64,000 nucleotides of DNA from an uncultured Candidatus Saccharibacteria bacterium (GCA_964372635.1 CAYJQW010000004.1:840-64839); one strand, 5' to 3'. Shown: positions 47,458-58,137, counted from the stretch's first letter. The notes: generated by a model from the sequence alone, not told the origin. Translations and numbers: made by a program.

Positions 47458-48924
47458 TTATTTAGCAGTTATCCAGCGTAAAGACGGGTGCAGACTGGCA
47501 ATATATGTTCGATCTTTGGGAGTAATTTCCTGCAAAGCTAAAAGAACGACGATGTAGATACAGCCCGATAGTAAATATTGAGGAATAAGAGTTAGAGGCG
47601 AAGCAATCCAAATATATGTAGGCGCAACAGCAAAGGCACTTGCTGCCAGAATATTGATGGTACTACGCAGCGGTAGCGGAATGGCGAAGGATTTAAAAGT
47701 GTAATAAGAAAGTAGACTAAGACCGATTAAACCTGAAATCGTTGTTTGTAAACTGGCACCCAATAAGCCTTTTGATGGAATCAGAAACCAACCAAATGTG
47801 GCGCTACTAATTATCAGGATACAAGTAATCACTAAAGCAACTTTTGCTTTACCGGCACCAGCCACTATATTGGCAAGTAGGAGATAGAATGCTAATGCTC
47901 CCAAACCAATCATAAGAATCGTCAATGATGGTGCCGCTGGAATGTATTCCCGAGAGAAGAATAAAATGAGAAGTGGCTTACTAGTTGCCGAGGCAAGAGC
48001 AACACCTGGTACTATCAACATTATCAAATAACGAATAGTTTCAGCAATAAATGTGACGGCAGCCTGACGTGACTCCCGGGATGAAGTCAGTTTTGAGACA
48101 CTGGGTAAAAGGATAAAACCGATGGCTTGCAGCAATAGGTATGGAATACGTGACAGTGTTACCGCTGCGTTATAATAGCCAGTTTGAACATTATCGCGAA
48201 GCAATGCTTTGACCATGAAGAGGTCTAGGCTAATTAAAACTTGCAAGCCAACAAGTGTCAGGGTGTAAGTTCCAGCAAAGGCCATGAATTTCTTAAGAGA
48301 TAGTTTCTTTTCTCCACTGCCGCCAACCCTTTGTGTCCAATACCAACCGATAACCGCGGCTATAATTCCACCTAAGGCAAAGCCGGCAAAAGCTCCATAG
48401 ACACCAATAAAGTAAATCAACACCAGGGCGCCCGCTAACTTGATGATCGCATATATGGCCGTCAATAAAGCCTGCCGACTGAAAAGATGCATGCCGCTAA
48501 AGAATTGGACGTACATTGGGTATAGCGACTGCACAAAAATAACCAAGGCTACAAACCAGATAAGCGGTATCAAACTTAAGTCACCAAGTAGTCGACTCAC
48601 AAGCGGAGCGGTACCGAGAATAATAATTACGATCGCCAAGGCAACGTAAATCTGAAGACGAACGGCCTGTCTTAAGATACTGCGGGCATGATCATGATCA
48701 CGGGCAACGAACCGAGATATAGCGGCGGGCACGCCAAGAGACAAAACCAAACCAAATATTGATTGAATTGACAGCACCACGCCGTAAATACCATATGGAG
48801 CTGGACCAAGAACACGACCAATCCACAAATGGGTAGCATACCCTAAGATCAATACGAGAGCCTGGGCCATGGTGACTACCATGGCACCAGTAAGACGTGA
48901 TTGTGGCTGATAATCTTTTTTCAT
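47458..48924 (-). CDS. Wzx-like oligosaccharide flippase (polysaccharide biosynthesis protein, MOP superfamily)
   Basis: 488 aa, 12-14 TM helices, no soluble domain. The length and topology are typical of Wzx/PST-family flippases. Confidence 0.55.
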   Translation of the reverse strand: MKKDYQPQSRLTGAMVVTMAQALVLILGYATHLWIGRVLGPAPYGIYGVVLSIQSIFGLVLSLGVPAAISRFVARDHDHARSILRQAVRLQIYVALAIVIIILGTAPLVSRLLGDLSLIPLIWFVALVIFVQSLYPMYVQFFSGMHLFSRQALLTAIYAIIKLAGALVLIYFIGVYGAFAGFALGGIIAAVIGWYWTQRVGGSGEKKLSLKKFMAFAGTYTLTLVGLQVLISLDLFMVKALLRDNVQTGYYNAAVTLSRIPYLLLQAIGFILLPSVSKLTSSRESRQAAVTFIAETIRYLIMLIVPGVALASATSKPLLILFFSREYIPAAPSLTILMIGLGALAFYLLLANIVAGAGKAKVALVITCILIISSATFGWFLIPSKGLLGASLQTTISGLIGLSLLSYYTFKSFAIPLPLRSTINILAASAFAVAPTYIWIASPLTLIPQYLLSGCIYIVVLLALQEITPKDRTYIASLHPSLRWITAK

Positions 48925-51248
48925 AACGTAGAAACAAGGCCCAAGGCGATAATATCAAGACTGATAGGAGCAGAATAAGGGTTAAGCAGTGTCAGTCTAA
49001 TAAATCCGTCATTAGATATCGGAACATCGTGCGCTGCTATCGTCACCGAATTTTGACCAGATGCAAATTCATAGCGCGCCCCTGTCTCTGTCAGCACCTC
49101 TAAACTGTCACTAGGATTTTTTCTAGTCACAAGAAAACGAACATCAGTATTAGGATAACCTGTTTTTTCTTTATCCCATAAAATGGAAACATAATCGCCG
49201 ACGTTGAAACTCGTGGTTATATAAGGAGAGGTTGTCGTGCGATAGGTACACGTCCCGTCAATCTCAGGGCTTGTTAGTCTTGATACCCGCAGGCTGGCTG
49301 GTAAATGTTCAAACGTATCCTCTTGATCGCCGATATCGTTTACTAGTGTACTGGCCCGAAGCATGAAAATTTGATCGTTTTCCGATAGACTGGATGTTGC
49401 ACATATCACATCTGGAAACCTTGACGTAAAAAGCGTTATATCCTGGTCAGACGTCTCTGCTGTTAAAGCTGGATTAAATGCAAAGTTATCTGAACTCTTC
49501 TCGTTAATTCCAGCCAGCCATCTAATGCTATGCTTTTGCAAAAGATCCGAAATAATTTGATTATTTCCCAGCGAAAATATTTTTTCATAATCAAGTTGAC
49601 GCAAGTACAGCTGATAACGGGTCTCAGATTGATTTGCTTCCAGCATTTGGCGCTGTAAATCTGCGGCTAAACGGTTAAACTGTGATCGGCCTGATAGCGC
49701 AAGCCAAGAACTACTGCGGCGATTAAAGTCGTCGGTTAACACGGCCCCTGGTCCGACCTGTCGTTGCAAATAGTCGGATAAAAGGAGTTGCCCTGTCGAG
49801 AGCGTTGAGTTCGTCCTGACAGTATGTGATAAATGAAATGCCTGTACTGTTGTTACCCAGCCACTAGCGCCCACCAGGCCGATTAAAGCCAATATTAGAC
49901 TGCGACGCCAACTGACCTCAACTAAACTGGATATTTTCTTACCTAAGATAATAACAAAATAAGCGCCGCTTATACTCAAAGGTAGAGCTGTATAAAATAA
50001 TGCACGAACCGGTGGAATATCGATAAATATTCGGGGACCCTGTGAGAGTAGAAGTAGAACGATAGTACTCAATCCAAAAGTCAAAATAAGCGGCTCTCTT
50101 GATCTTTCTATCAAACCTTTCCTAAGTATCAAGAGTAAGCCAGAAACGCCTACAAGCAGCCAAATATGTCCCATCAAACGGGGGTAATCAAATAATCGTG
50201 GTAACTGGTCAATTAAATGAGGTGTAGTTGTAAATATATCGCCCAGCTTAGTTTGTAAATTGAGTGCTAGACCACCTACAAATACCAAAGAAAAAAGTAA
50301 TATAATTAATGTGGTGACTTGAGGCGTTAATAGATTTTTAACGCCTCTATTGCGAATAAAATATACAGCAATGACTGGCATCATTATAAAAAAGGCTAAA
50401 AAGGCGGAAAACTGATGGGTAAGTGCCAGAGAAATAGCCGTTAGAACCATTAGGACCATATCGGATGATCGCCATTTAGCAATTAAGGATAGACCAAGTA
50501 AGAGCAAGCCAAATAAAAAGAATTCACCGATTATGTTTTGATAGTGGTAGCCTGGTTCACGGATGTAACGAAGGAAACGAACCTGCGTCAATAATAAAAA
50601 AGCAATGGCTATAGCAAATGATAATTGTGAATATCTAGGAAATATTTTTCTCGCGATGGCGATTCCAATGACGGTGGTTGCCAGCGTCATGGCAATTGAC
50701 ATAAAGCCGATTGATGTCAGCGAACCGTTCGCTAATTCAAGTACACTAGCCGTCATTGTGTGCAACCCAGGAGTAAAAAAATCAACGCGATCCCTATTCA
50801 ATAGTTCGGATGCAACAGTGTAATCAGCCAATGCATTGTTTTTGATAATGCTTTGTGCCCACAAAATAGCCTTCTGGCTGTCACCAGTTGGCAGACCATG
50901 ATGGAAGCGAAGATACGGAATACTGAAAATAGAAAAAATAACAACAAATGAAGCACTCAGCATTAAAATATATCGACCGTCTTGGCGATGCTTTTGAGAT
51001 TTCTTAGGAAGTAGAAAGCAGAAAAGCGTTAAACAAGAAGCAAATAATACAACAAGCAGTCCCGGTAAATGCAGCGCAGCAGCGACCAGTGTTCCAATGA
51101 TTACAAAGTTAAGGCTCCAAAGAATAATACGGGCAGCCTGGGCCCAAACATCATGATTTCGACTGAATCTAGAAAATCCCAAACCGGGCACAATGATATG
51201 CAGAAGAGGAGAGAGAACAACCATCACGGCGTTAAAAAAAAGACTCAT
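48921..51248 (-). CDS. large polytopic membrane protein with C-terminal soluble domain (GT-C-like or Wzy/ligase-like), function unassigned
   Basis: 775 aa. About 14 TM helices fill the first ~480 aa. The C-terminal ~290 aa are hydrophilic. It is first in a minus-strand block with two flippases. Confidence 0.45.
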   Translation of the reverse strand: MSLFFNAVMVVLSPLLHIIVPGLGFSRFSRNHDVWAQAARIILWSLNFVIIGTLVAAALHLPGLLVVLFASCLTLFCFLLPKKSQKHRQDGRYILMLSASFVVIFSIFSIPYLRFHHGLPTGDSQKAILWAQSIIKNNALADYTVASELLNRDRVDFFTPGLHTMTASVLELANGSLTSIGFMSIAMTLATTVIGIAIARKIFPRYSQLSFAIAIAFLLLTQVRFLRYIREPGYHYQNIIGEFFLFGLLLLGLSLIAKWRSSDMVLMVLTAISLALTHQFSAFLAFFIMMPVIAVYFIRNRGVKNLLTPQVTTLIILLFSLVFVGGLALNLQTKLGDIFTTTPHLIDQLPRLFDYPRLMGHIWLLVGVSGLLLILRKGLIERSREPLILTFGLSTIVLLLLSQGPRIFIDIPPVRALFYTALPLSISGAYFVIILGKKISSLVEVSWRRSLILALIGLVGASGWVTTVQAFHLSHTVRTNSTLSTGQLLLSDYLQRQVGPGAVLTDDFNRRSSSWLALSGRSQFNRLAADLQRQMLEANQSETRYQLYLRQLDYEKIFSLGNNQIISDLLQKHSIRWLAGINEKSSDNFAFNPALTAETSDQDITLFTSRFPDVICATSSLSENDQIFMLRASTLVNDIGDQEDTFEHLPASLRVSRLTSPEIDGTCTYRTTTSPYITTSFNVGDYVSILWDKEKTGYPNTDVRFLVTRKNPSDSLEVLTETGARYEFASGQNSVTIAAHDVPISNDGFIRLTLLNPYSAPISLDIIALGLVSTL

Positions 51249-51281
51249 ATGTTTAGTGCGAAATACTTAGTAATGAAGCTG

Positions 51282-52469
51282 TTAAACGAGTAGTTTTTCA
51301 TATTTACTCCCCAGGTACTCCCAGGAATTTTTTCTAGCATGGGCCCTCATGGCAGCTTGATCCGCCGGGCTAAGAGGATGACTAATTAAACTGCGAATAA
51401 CATTAGCATAGCTTTGTGGATCAGCAGGTTCGGCAAAAAATCTCGGATGTAAATTTTCCGGTATCAAATATGGTCTGATACCAATGTTACTGGTCACTAT
51501 AGGTAAGCCTGACGCAACCGCGAGGGCGACTCGAAAACTGCTTTTGGCACGATTGACTAGTTTAGCATCGATTGGATCGACAAAGATTGAGGTCTGCGTT
51601 AATAACATTGGAACCTCAGACATAGTAAACCGGCCATGCCAGATTACGGCATGGCTCAGTTTAGTATTATCGAACAATTTCTTAAGAGAATCCTGGTCAT
51701 GGCCGTCGCCGGCAATGAGAAGTTGGACATAGATATTATGTCTGAACAACTCCTGCAAAATTTCGGGTAGTAAATCAATCCGGTGACCAGAAGAAATAGA
51801 AAGACTGCCGACATAGGTGATGGTTAATTGTGAATTCACCGCCATTTTACTTTTCCCATATACCGTTGAAACCTCAAATGGCAATGTTATACCGGTTGGA
51901 ATCATAGAAACGCTTTTACGCTCATTGGAAAGTTGCCGAAAATGATCGGTGAGGAACGGGGTTGCGGTAACAATGATGTCTGCCAGTCTAGTTGCTGTTC
52001 GTTCTGACCAATGAAGCGCAGCCCGTTGAGCAAGTGAAACCAGTCGATTAGCAGTTAGTTCAAAATCATCAACATCGAGCACTATTTTGGTGTGAGAGGA
52101 AAACAGTAAATAAAACCAAACTCCAAGAACATTGGATGGAAAAGGCTTAACTATAAAGATGAAATCAGGTCTAAGTTTTAGGAGCCGCCAAAATGTCAGA
52201 ATAGATGTAATAAGCATTGTTACCAGGAGAGCAGCGCCATGTTGACGTCGTTTACCGGAGAGAGAACGAGTGAAAGGTTCTCGTCCCACATAATGGAATC
52301 TAAGGTCAGAAACGGTTTTATTTACATTTTTTTGCCTGCCACTAGCTGGCTTAAGTATAAGTAGGTGGCACACATGTCCGCGTCGGGAGAGCTCAGACGC
52401 AAAAGGCACAATCCGTCCAATAAGTGTTGACGAATTAACCGAAAGCGGAGTTGCAAAAACTAAACGCAT
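51282..52469 (-). CDS. GT-B-fold glycosyltransferase (GT4-like, degenerate EX7E)
   Basis: 395 aa, soluble. The C-terminal block SSFRVALAVASGLPIVTSNIG resembles the GT4 EX7E region with substitutions. Confidence 0.5.
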   Translation of the reverse strand: MRLVFATPLSVNSSTLIGRIVPFASELSRRGHVCHLLILKPASGRQKNVNKTVSDLRFHYVGREPFTRSLSGKRRQHGAALLVTMLITSILTFWRLLKLRPDFIFIVKPFPSNVLGVWFYLLFSSHTKIVLDVDDFELTANRLVSLAQRAALHWSERTATRLADIIVTATPFLTDHFRQLSNERKSVSMIPTGITLPFEVSTVYGKSKMAVNSQLTITYVGSLSISSGHRIDLLPEILQELFRHNIYVQLLIAGDGHDQDSLKKLFDNTKLSHAVIWHGRFTMSEVPMLLTQTSIFVDPIDAKLVNRAKSSFRVALAVASGLPIVTSNIGIRPYLIPENLHPRFFAEPADPQSYANVIRSLISHPLSPADQAAMRAHARKNSWEYLGSKYEKLLV

Positions 52470-52523
52470 GCATTTTATTATGAATCAGAAATTATGATGG
52501 AATAAATGTCGCTTGGCAAGTCT

Positions 52524-53270
52524 CTACTTCTTACACCCGTTTCTTTCTCGCTTTTTGATCTTTTTCAGGAGTGGCCAAATATTAAAAGCGGATTTCAATA
52601 ATGTGATTATGTCAAGCTTACTGCCGTCCATACTTGTCCAATTGATGGGGAAATTACTGACGGAGTAGCCCCGACATACCGCTTTATAGGCGATTTCGCT
52701 GTCAAAAAGCCAACGTTTCTCGAGAAGATCACTAAATAAATTTCGAGCAGCAGCCCGTCGATAACCTTTAAAACCGCACATAGTATCAACATCTCCAAGC
52801 CCATATAATCCCATATATCTTCGGTAGATGTGACCTGATAAGCGACGAAGAATTGAGTGACGCTCTGTCTTGGCGCCTAACATCCAGCGGTTACCAACAC
52901 CGATATCAGCTTTCGCCAAGGCCTGAATCATGATAGGTAGGTCACTGATTGGCGTTGCCCCATCAGCATCCATGAAAATAATGAGATCACCCTGAGCTGC
53001 CATGACACCAGTCTGAACCGCCGCGCCTTTACCTTGATTACTTGCATGCTTAATGACTTTAAGTTTTGGCAGGCGGCCCAAGAAGCTATAAGCAACTTCG
53101 GATGTTTTATCAATACTGCCATCATCTACGATTATTAATTCTGAAATTAACGCCTTCGTTTCTGACCACTCAGCCACCGATTTTAAAAATAGGTCCAAGC
53201 GCCCCACTTCATTATAGGCAGGAATGATTAAACTAACATTTCTACTCTTTGTCTCATAAAAGTGGTTCAC
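52524..53270 (-). CDS. GT2 polyprenyl-phosphate sugar synthase (DPM1/GtrB-like)
   Basis: VSLIIPAYNEVGRLDLFLKSV, IIVDDGSIDKTSEVA and FMDADGATP; 248 aa, soluble. Confidence 0.8.
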   Translation of the reverse strand: MNHFYETKSRNVSLIIPAYNEVGRLDLFLKSVAEWSETKALISELIIVDDGSIDKTSEVAYSFLGRLPKLKVIKHASNQGKGAAVQTGVMAAQGDLIIFMDADGATPISDLPIMIQALAKADIGVGNRWMLGAKTERHSILRRLSGHIYRRYMGLYGLGDVDTMCGFKGYRRAAARNLFSDLLEKRWLFDSEIAYKAVCRGYSVSNFPINWTSMDGSKLDIITLLKSAFNIWPLLKKIKKRERNGCKK

Positions 53271-53425
53271 ACTTTTACGCTAATACTGTTACAAATTAAT
53301 TACCAATTATTGATGGCTAATTTCACGGCAGAGTTATGCGAAATACTTACTTAAAGACGCCCTGTAATTATCCGAGCATACTTGTGACCAAAAATAAATC
53401 GAGGTAGCGTTGAATAAGCATAATT

Positions 53426-55231
53426 ATGACATTACTTCTTGTTATTTTAGCGGCAAGTTCGTTGATTGCTGCTGGTATTATTTTTAAGCATAAACGGCTA
53501 TTTAGTTTTATAGCCTCAGCTCTAATCATTTTTGAAGCTCATTGGCTCCTCCTTACAATAATTGATCGGACAATTGCTTTGGCGAGCAAAACATCAAATA
53601 TCTATTTGGGCGGTTCAATTATTTTACTTCTCTTCTGGATGGCACAGTGGCGACTCTGGACGTTTCCGAGATGGTTAAATTTTAAAGACGTGATAAAAGA
53701 TATTGGACCTGGTCTTATTCTCGTTGTAGTTTTGGCATCGGCGGCCGGCATCTCGTTCGCTAACGGTTGGCAGCCTGACGGTACTTTTATAACACATGGT
53801 TTTTTTAACGGCGACACGGCCACTTTTACCTCATTGGTTCAGAAGTCAATGGGTAGCGTAGGCCTAGTGAACAATAACCCCTTTGCCGGGAATGGATATT
53901 TGGAATATCCGACTCTACTTCATGCCGGTGTGGCCGAGTTTTTAACTGCTGTCTTACCGTCGGCAATATTGGGAAGTGGGTGGTTTGCCTTTCTGCCGCT
54001 CATGAACTACGTCTTTATTCTTGCCAGTGTGCCTCTTTTATTTTTACTTTGGGATGTTGCAATCCCAGAGCCAAGTGAAGCGTGGCAGGCTTGGCTTGGA
54101 ACCAAGTCACGACTAAAAGCTAACTTTCTGCAAACAATAATCGTTTTGTATATATTATCTTTGTCCTGGGAAAGCTTTGTATATCCACAAGGCCATTTTT
54201 TCTTAATGGGCTTGTTTTTCCTTCTCGTGGCGCTCCTCCTCAAAAGCCAAAATGCTCGAGGGGCTCAACATTGGTTACTGATCGGATTAGCCCAGGTTAT
54301 TACTCTTGAATTACTAATGTCTAATGCCGTCACGGGAACAGCCGCGGTCGTATTGACTACATCATTTTGGCTACTGGGTTCAAATAGTAAAAAACTTCAA
54401 GTTCCTGAGCGAGCACTATCATTATTAGCCGCTTTATTTTGGATTGGTCTGTTTCTTGTTAACGTGCCTGGTGAAAGCGCGTTCGGCCGTCCTGGTTTTT
54501 CATATACTGCGGCTCTTGATATGTTGCGGCTGGCACCAGTCCTACTATTGATTTTTATTGGACTTTTACAGAACGTCTCCAAACACACTTTAATGGCTGT
54601 TATGGTAACAGCATTAGTATCAGTTTCATATATAACTTTTATTTTTTCGAGTCGAGATATAATTGTCGCTAACGCTTCTCGTTTTCTCTATCACGCCATA
54701 CTGGTTGGCTTCCCTTTAGCTATTTATCCACTGACACGGGGAATATGGTGGTTGCGGCGGGAACTTCTTCAGACATCACACACCTTAGCGGAGCTTATAA
54801 CGGGATGGGCCGTTGTTACGGCAGTGGCCGGATTCTATTTATTGCCAGCTTTGGCCAGTGTTGCTAGCACCTTTGACAATTTACTTTGGCAGGACGAGCA
54901 GCGTATTTCGTCCCTTGAGCAGGGAGCATTGCAGTGGATCAATAATAACACTTCGGCTGACGCCATTTTTCTTGCATCGCCGGATGCCCCTTGGAGTATT
55001 CCGATTTTCACAGGTCGAGCAATCGTCCGCACTAATTATTGGCTATCACCAAAAGATGCTTTACTTGATGATATTCGGCTTGCCTATACTGGAAATAGTA
55101 CGGCTCAAAAAAAAGTACAGTCAGAGGCTGACTACTTATACTTGCGAGCTCAGGATAAAAACTGGAAAATCTATCCAGCCACACAGCCGGTATTTAAGAG
55201 CGCCGCCGTGACGATTTGGAAACTAAATTAA
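53426..55231 (+). CDS. polytopic membrane protein (601 aa), function unassigned, possibly GT-C/polymerase-like
   Basis: About 14 TM helices across most of the length, with a C-terminal ~130-aa soluble segment. Confidence 0.4.
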   Translation: MTLLLVILAASSLIAAGIIFKHKRLFSFIASALIIFEAHWLLLTIIDRTIALASKTSNIYLGGSIILLLFWMAQWRLWTFPRWLNFKDVIKDIGPGLILVVVLASAAGISFANGWQPDGTFITHGFFNGDTATFTSLVQKSMGSVGLVNNNPFAGNGYLEYPTLLHAGVAEFLTAVLPSAILGSGWFAFLPLMNYVFILASVPLLFLLWDVAIPEPSEAWQAWLGTKSRLKANFLQTIIVLYILSLSWESFVYPQGHFFLMGLFFLLVALLLKSQNARGAQHWLLIGLAQVITLELLMSNAVTGTAAVVLTTSFWLLGSNSKKLQVPERALSLLAALFWIGLFLVNVPGESAFGRPGFSYTAALDMLRLAPVLLLIFIGLLQNVSKHTLMAVMVTALVSVSYITFIFSSRDIIVANASRFLYHAILVGFPLAIYPLTRGIWWLRRELLQTSHTLAELITGWAVVTAVAGFYLLPALASVASTFDNLLWQDEQRISSLEQGALQWINNNTSADAIFLASPDAPWSIPIFTGRAIVRTNYWLSPKDALLDDIRLAYTGNSTAQKKVQSEADYLYLRAQDKNWKIYPATQPVFKSAAVTIWKLN

Positions 55232-55947
55232 GCATCGCCCTACTAATCACAACGCTAGCTATGTTAGATTCGTTACTTGAGTCTGTTGACCCAAGCCTTA
55301 ATAAAGTCGACACGATCCAATTTGGTAGCTGGGTAATCAAATTATTTATCATATCCGAATGGCCGAATAACATCCCAACAATACGGCAGGTTCACGGAAG
55401 TTATATTATTTCAGCTGATGATATTTCAGGAAATCTTCAGGAAGCTGATGGTATAGGTATTAGGTTGAGCCACGATAAAAGATCAAGTAATCCTCTGATA
55501 AAAGAAGTCGGTATCAAGACGGCTGATTGCCTGCCATTGGTCTTAATGACTGAAACGGTAGCCCTACTTCTGCATACCAGTCGCAAAACTCTTATCCATG
55601 GTTTGCTAAATCAAGTCACTAGGTGGCTTGATCCCGCCATGATTAAGCACGTGTATGTTGGACCGCATATCTGTCCTGAGCACTTCACATTTGAATGGGT
55701 AGGTCCGGATTTGGCGAGATTCATCGAACTATTTCCTGCGGCAGTTGATGAATATAAAGGAATCTACTCGCTATCGCTACGCGATGCGGTACAAGAATAT
55801 TTCAACACTTGGCGTGTTCGCGAAGAAATTATAGAGGAGGATTTACGTTGTACTTTTGAAGCTTCAGAGTTGGCGTCTTATGTCCGCAGTCTTCGCAGTG
55901 GTGAAAAACTTAACTCTCATTTGGCAACAGTTGTTGCAAAGAACTAA
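55216..55947 (+). CDS. hypothetical protein, weak similarity to the YfiH/PgeF (DUF152) family
   Basis: QVHGSYIISADD and KTADCLPLVLMT resemble the conserved His and ADC.PV motifs of the YfiH family. The downstream HAGWRG motif is degenerate (HTSRKTLIHG). The start overlaps the upstream gene by 16 bp. Confidence 0.3.
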   Translation: METKLSIALLITTLAMLDSLLESVDPSLNKVDTIQFGSWVIKLFIISEWPNNIPTIRQVHGSYIISADDISGNLQEADGIGIRLSHDKRSSNPLIKEVGIKTADCLPLVLMTETVALLLHTSRKTLIHGLLNQVTRWLDPAMIKHVYVGPHICPEHFTFEWVGPDLARFIELFPAAVDEYKGIYSLSLRDAVQEYFNTWRVREEIIEEDLRCTFEASELASYVRSLRSGEKLNSHLATVVAKN

Positions 55948-56989
55948 TAAAAGCCTCAGCTTGCTTTGGCCAATTAAAACGTTCGAGTGTAAAACGTCGA
56001 GCCTGAAGATTTGGTTTTGGATTTTGTAAAAATTCTTTCAAAACGCTAATCCAAGCCGGAGCATCTTGCGGATTTAGTAACGTTCCATTCTGACCGTCAT
56101 GGATAGCGTCAACGATGCCGTCAACTCGACTGGCAAAAATCTGCCGGCAACAAACAGCTGCTTGAAGTAGTACTAGCCCAAACCCCTCAGCATCATTTTC
56201 TGTAAAATTATTCGGCTGTATAAAAGCATCCACCGTGTTATAAAGAATACTGAGATCATTCTCTGAGACTCGACCGAGCATAATAACACGTCTACCTGAG
56301 CTAAGTATTTGTTGCTGAAGCGCCTCTTTTTGGGGACCATCACCAGCAATGACGTATACGACATTGCTGGACATAGCCGGTAATATTTTCTGGATAAACC
56401 AGGCATGTCCCTTTCTTTTAATTAGACGTCCAGCGGTGAGTAAGACAAGATCTCGGGACAGTAATTGGTAACCAGCAACATGCATGAGTAGTTTAGTCAG
56501 CTTGTCACGACTAGTTGAGGGTTGATAATAAGTGTCATAAATGCCAGGATTCAAAACCAAAACTTCAGATTTTGTTTTACTAAACTTGGTTTTAAGAAGA
56601 CCACTCACATAACCGCTGATGGCTAAATAGAGATCGAAATTTCTGAAAAATAATTTTAAATAAAGCTGATATATTGTTAGATCATAAAGAATGTCCAGAC
56701 CATGAACGGTGACAGTGATTGGCTTCTTATAAATCTTTTTAATAAGCCAGCCAATTAGGGCAAGAGTTGGATCACCTAAATGCACTACGTCTACTTGTCG
56801 GGAAGCCATCAGTGCGCGAGGTATTGTAAACAATACAAAAAATAGCGCCGTGGCTCTCGAGCCAGCGTGCGTAATCGTCTTGACTATTACACCAGGTTGC
56901 TTTTTAACCTCACTAATTAGCTCAAAGCTCAGCCGTTCCATTCCACCGCTGTTAGTTCCATAGGCGCGGGTGATAAACAAAATTATCAT
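55910..56989 (-). CDS. GT4 family glycosyltransferase
   Basis: MIILFITRAYGTNSGGMERLSFEL is a GT4-type N-terminus. ENDAEGFGLVLLQAAVCCRQIFASRVDGI is EX7E-like. Confidence 0.75.
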   Translation of the reverse strand: MIILFITRAYGTNSGGMERLSFELISEVKKQPGVIVKTITHAGSRATALFFVLFTIPRALMASRQVDVVHLGDPTLALIGWLIKKIYKKPITVTVHGLDILYDLTIYQLYLKLFFRNFDLYLAISGYVSGLLKTKFSKTKSEVLVLNPGIYDTYYQPSTSRDKLTKLLMHVAGYQLLSRDLVLLTAGRLIKRKGHAWFIQKILPAMSSNVVYVIAGDGPQKEALQQQILSSGRRVIMLGRVSENDLSILYNTVDAFIQPNNFTENDAEGFGLVLLQAAVCCRQIFASRVDGIVDAIHDGQNGTLLNPQDAPAWISVLKEFLQNPKPNLQARRFTLERFNWPKQAEAFISSLQQLLPNES

Positions 56990-57038
56990 ATAAGACTTAC
57001 TTAAAAAGTGGAGTCAAATTTTCGTGAAGACTAATGGT

Positions 57039-58052
57039 TCAACTTTGTGATTTGTCCTTAGAATATGCCTGCTCTCTAGCGTAATAAACTGCCTCTTCGG
57101 CAATCAGGCGGTTACGATGCAGCATATCGGCCAGCATAGATAGAAATAACAACAAAAAACCAACAATAATAAAAATACCCGAGACTGACACTAAGGAGCG
57201 ATAGGGGGCGGTTTGGCCGGTCTGGATATAATGTGTTAGTAAAAATATACCACTGACAATACCAATCATAAAAAGTGTGAGTCCTGGGATGCCAAAGAAA
57301 TAATGAGGTAAATAATCTCGGGCAGTGCGAAAAATTATGGTGCTGGTTTTAAGACCGAACCGCCACAAATTACCAGCGACCCGGGATTCACCAAATTCCC
57401 GCTCGCCGCGAACCATTAGTGACACTTCGGCCATAGTGATGTTTTTAAAAGCGAGGTCAATAAATGTCTCCTGTGTATATGTAAAATGTCCGAAAAGAGT
57501 TAGGCGCAACGCCGCCTCTCGCGAGTAAGCTCGAAAGCCGCATGAAACATCAGTAAAATTCTTTTGAGTAATAAGATTAATGATTCTGACCATCCATTTA
57601 TTACCCCAACGTTTTATGCCGGGCATAACCGGCTCGAACTTCGCACTGGCGAAGCGTGTAGCCGTAACAAAATCAGCCCGTTCTTGTTGAATAGGCTTAA
57701 TTAAGGAAGCGATATCCTGGGGATTGAATTGACCATCGCCGTCGATGTTAACGATTATTTCAGCTTGTGCCATCAAAGCCTCACGTAACCCAGTATGAAA
57801 AGCGGCGCCGACGCCGAGATTATCGGCATGACTTACGACTCGGGCGCCCGCCTCACGAGCAGTCTGGGCAGTTGAGTCGTTTGAGCCATCGTCAATCACA
57901 ATAGCCTCGACCGATGAAACTCCTGGCAGGTCACTTGGAATGGCACGAATAACGGACGCTATAGTTTGTTCCTCATTAAGTGCTGGAATAATTACAACCA
58001 TTTTTCTATTTTGAGCAATCGATTGTTTACCAGTCGAGTGATTCATAGTCAT
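57039..58052 (-). CDS. GT2 polyisoprenyl-phosphate glycosyltransferase with C-terminal TM helices (GtrB/ArnC-like)
   Basis: MVVIIPALNEEQTIASVI, AIVIDDGSNDSTAQTA and NIDGDGQFNP. Two C-terminal TM helices (TLFMIGIVSGIFLLTHYI and IFIIVGFLLLFLSMLADML) are the hallmark of GtrB/ArnC-type lipid-phosphate sugar synthases. An alternative ATG lies at 58001. Confidence 0.8.
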   Translation of the reverse strand: MTMNHSTGKQSIAQNRKMVVIIPALNEEQTIASVIRAIPSDLPGVSSVEAIVIDDGSNDSTAQTAREAGARVVSHADNLGVGAAFHTGLREALMAQAEIIVNIDGDGQFNPQDIASLIKPIQQERADFVTATRFASAKFEPVMPGIKRWGNKWMVRIINLITQKNFTDVSCGFRAYSREAALRLTLFGHFTYTQETFIDLAFKNITMAEVSLMVRGEREFGESRVAGNLWRFGLKTSTIIFRTARDYLPHYFFGIPGLTLFMIGIVSGIFLLTHYIQTGQTAPYRSLVSVSGIFIIVGFLLLFLSMLADMLHRNRLIAEEAVYYAREQAYSKDKSQS

Positions 58053-58137
58053 AGTCTAACACTAAATTGCATTGAAACTGCAGAATAAATCAAACAAATG
58101 AATTGTCAATGGCTGGCATCAATGTTACTCTTCCCCA

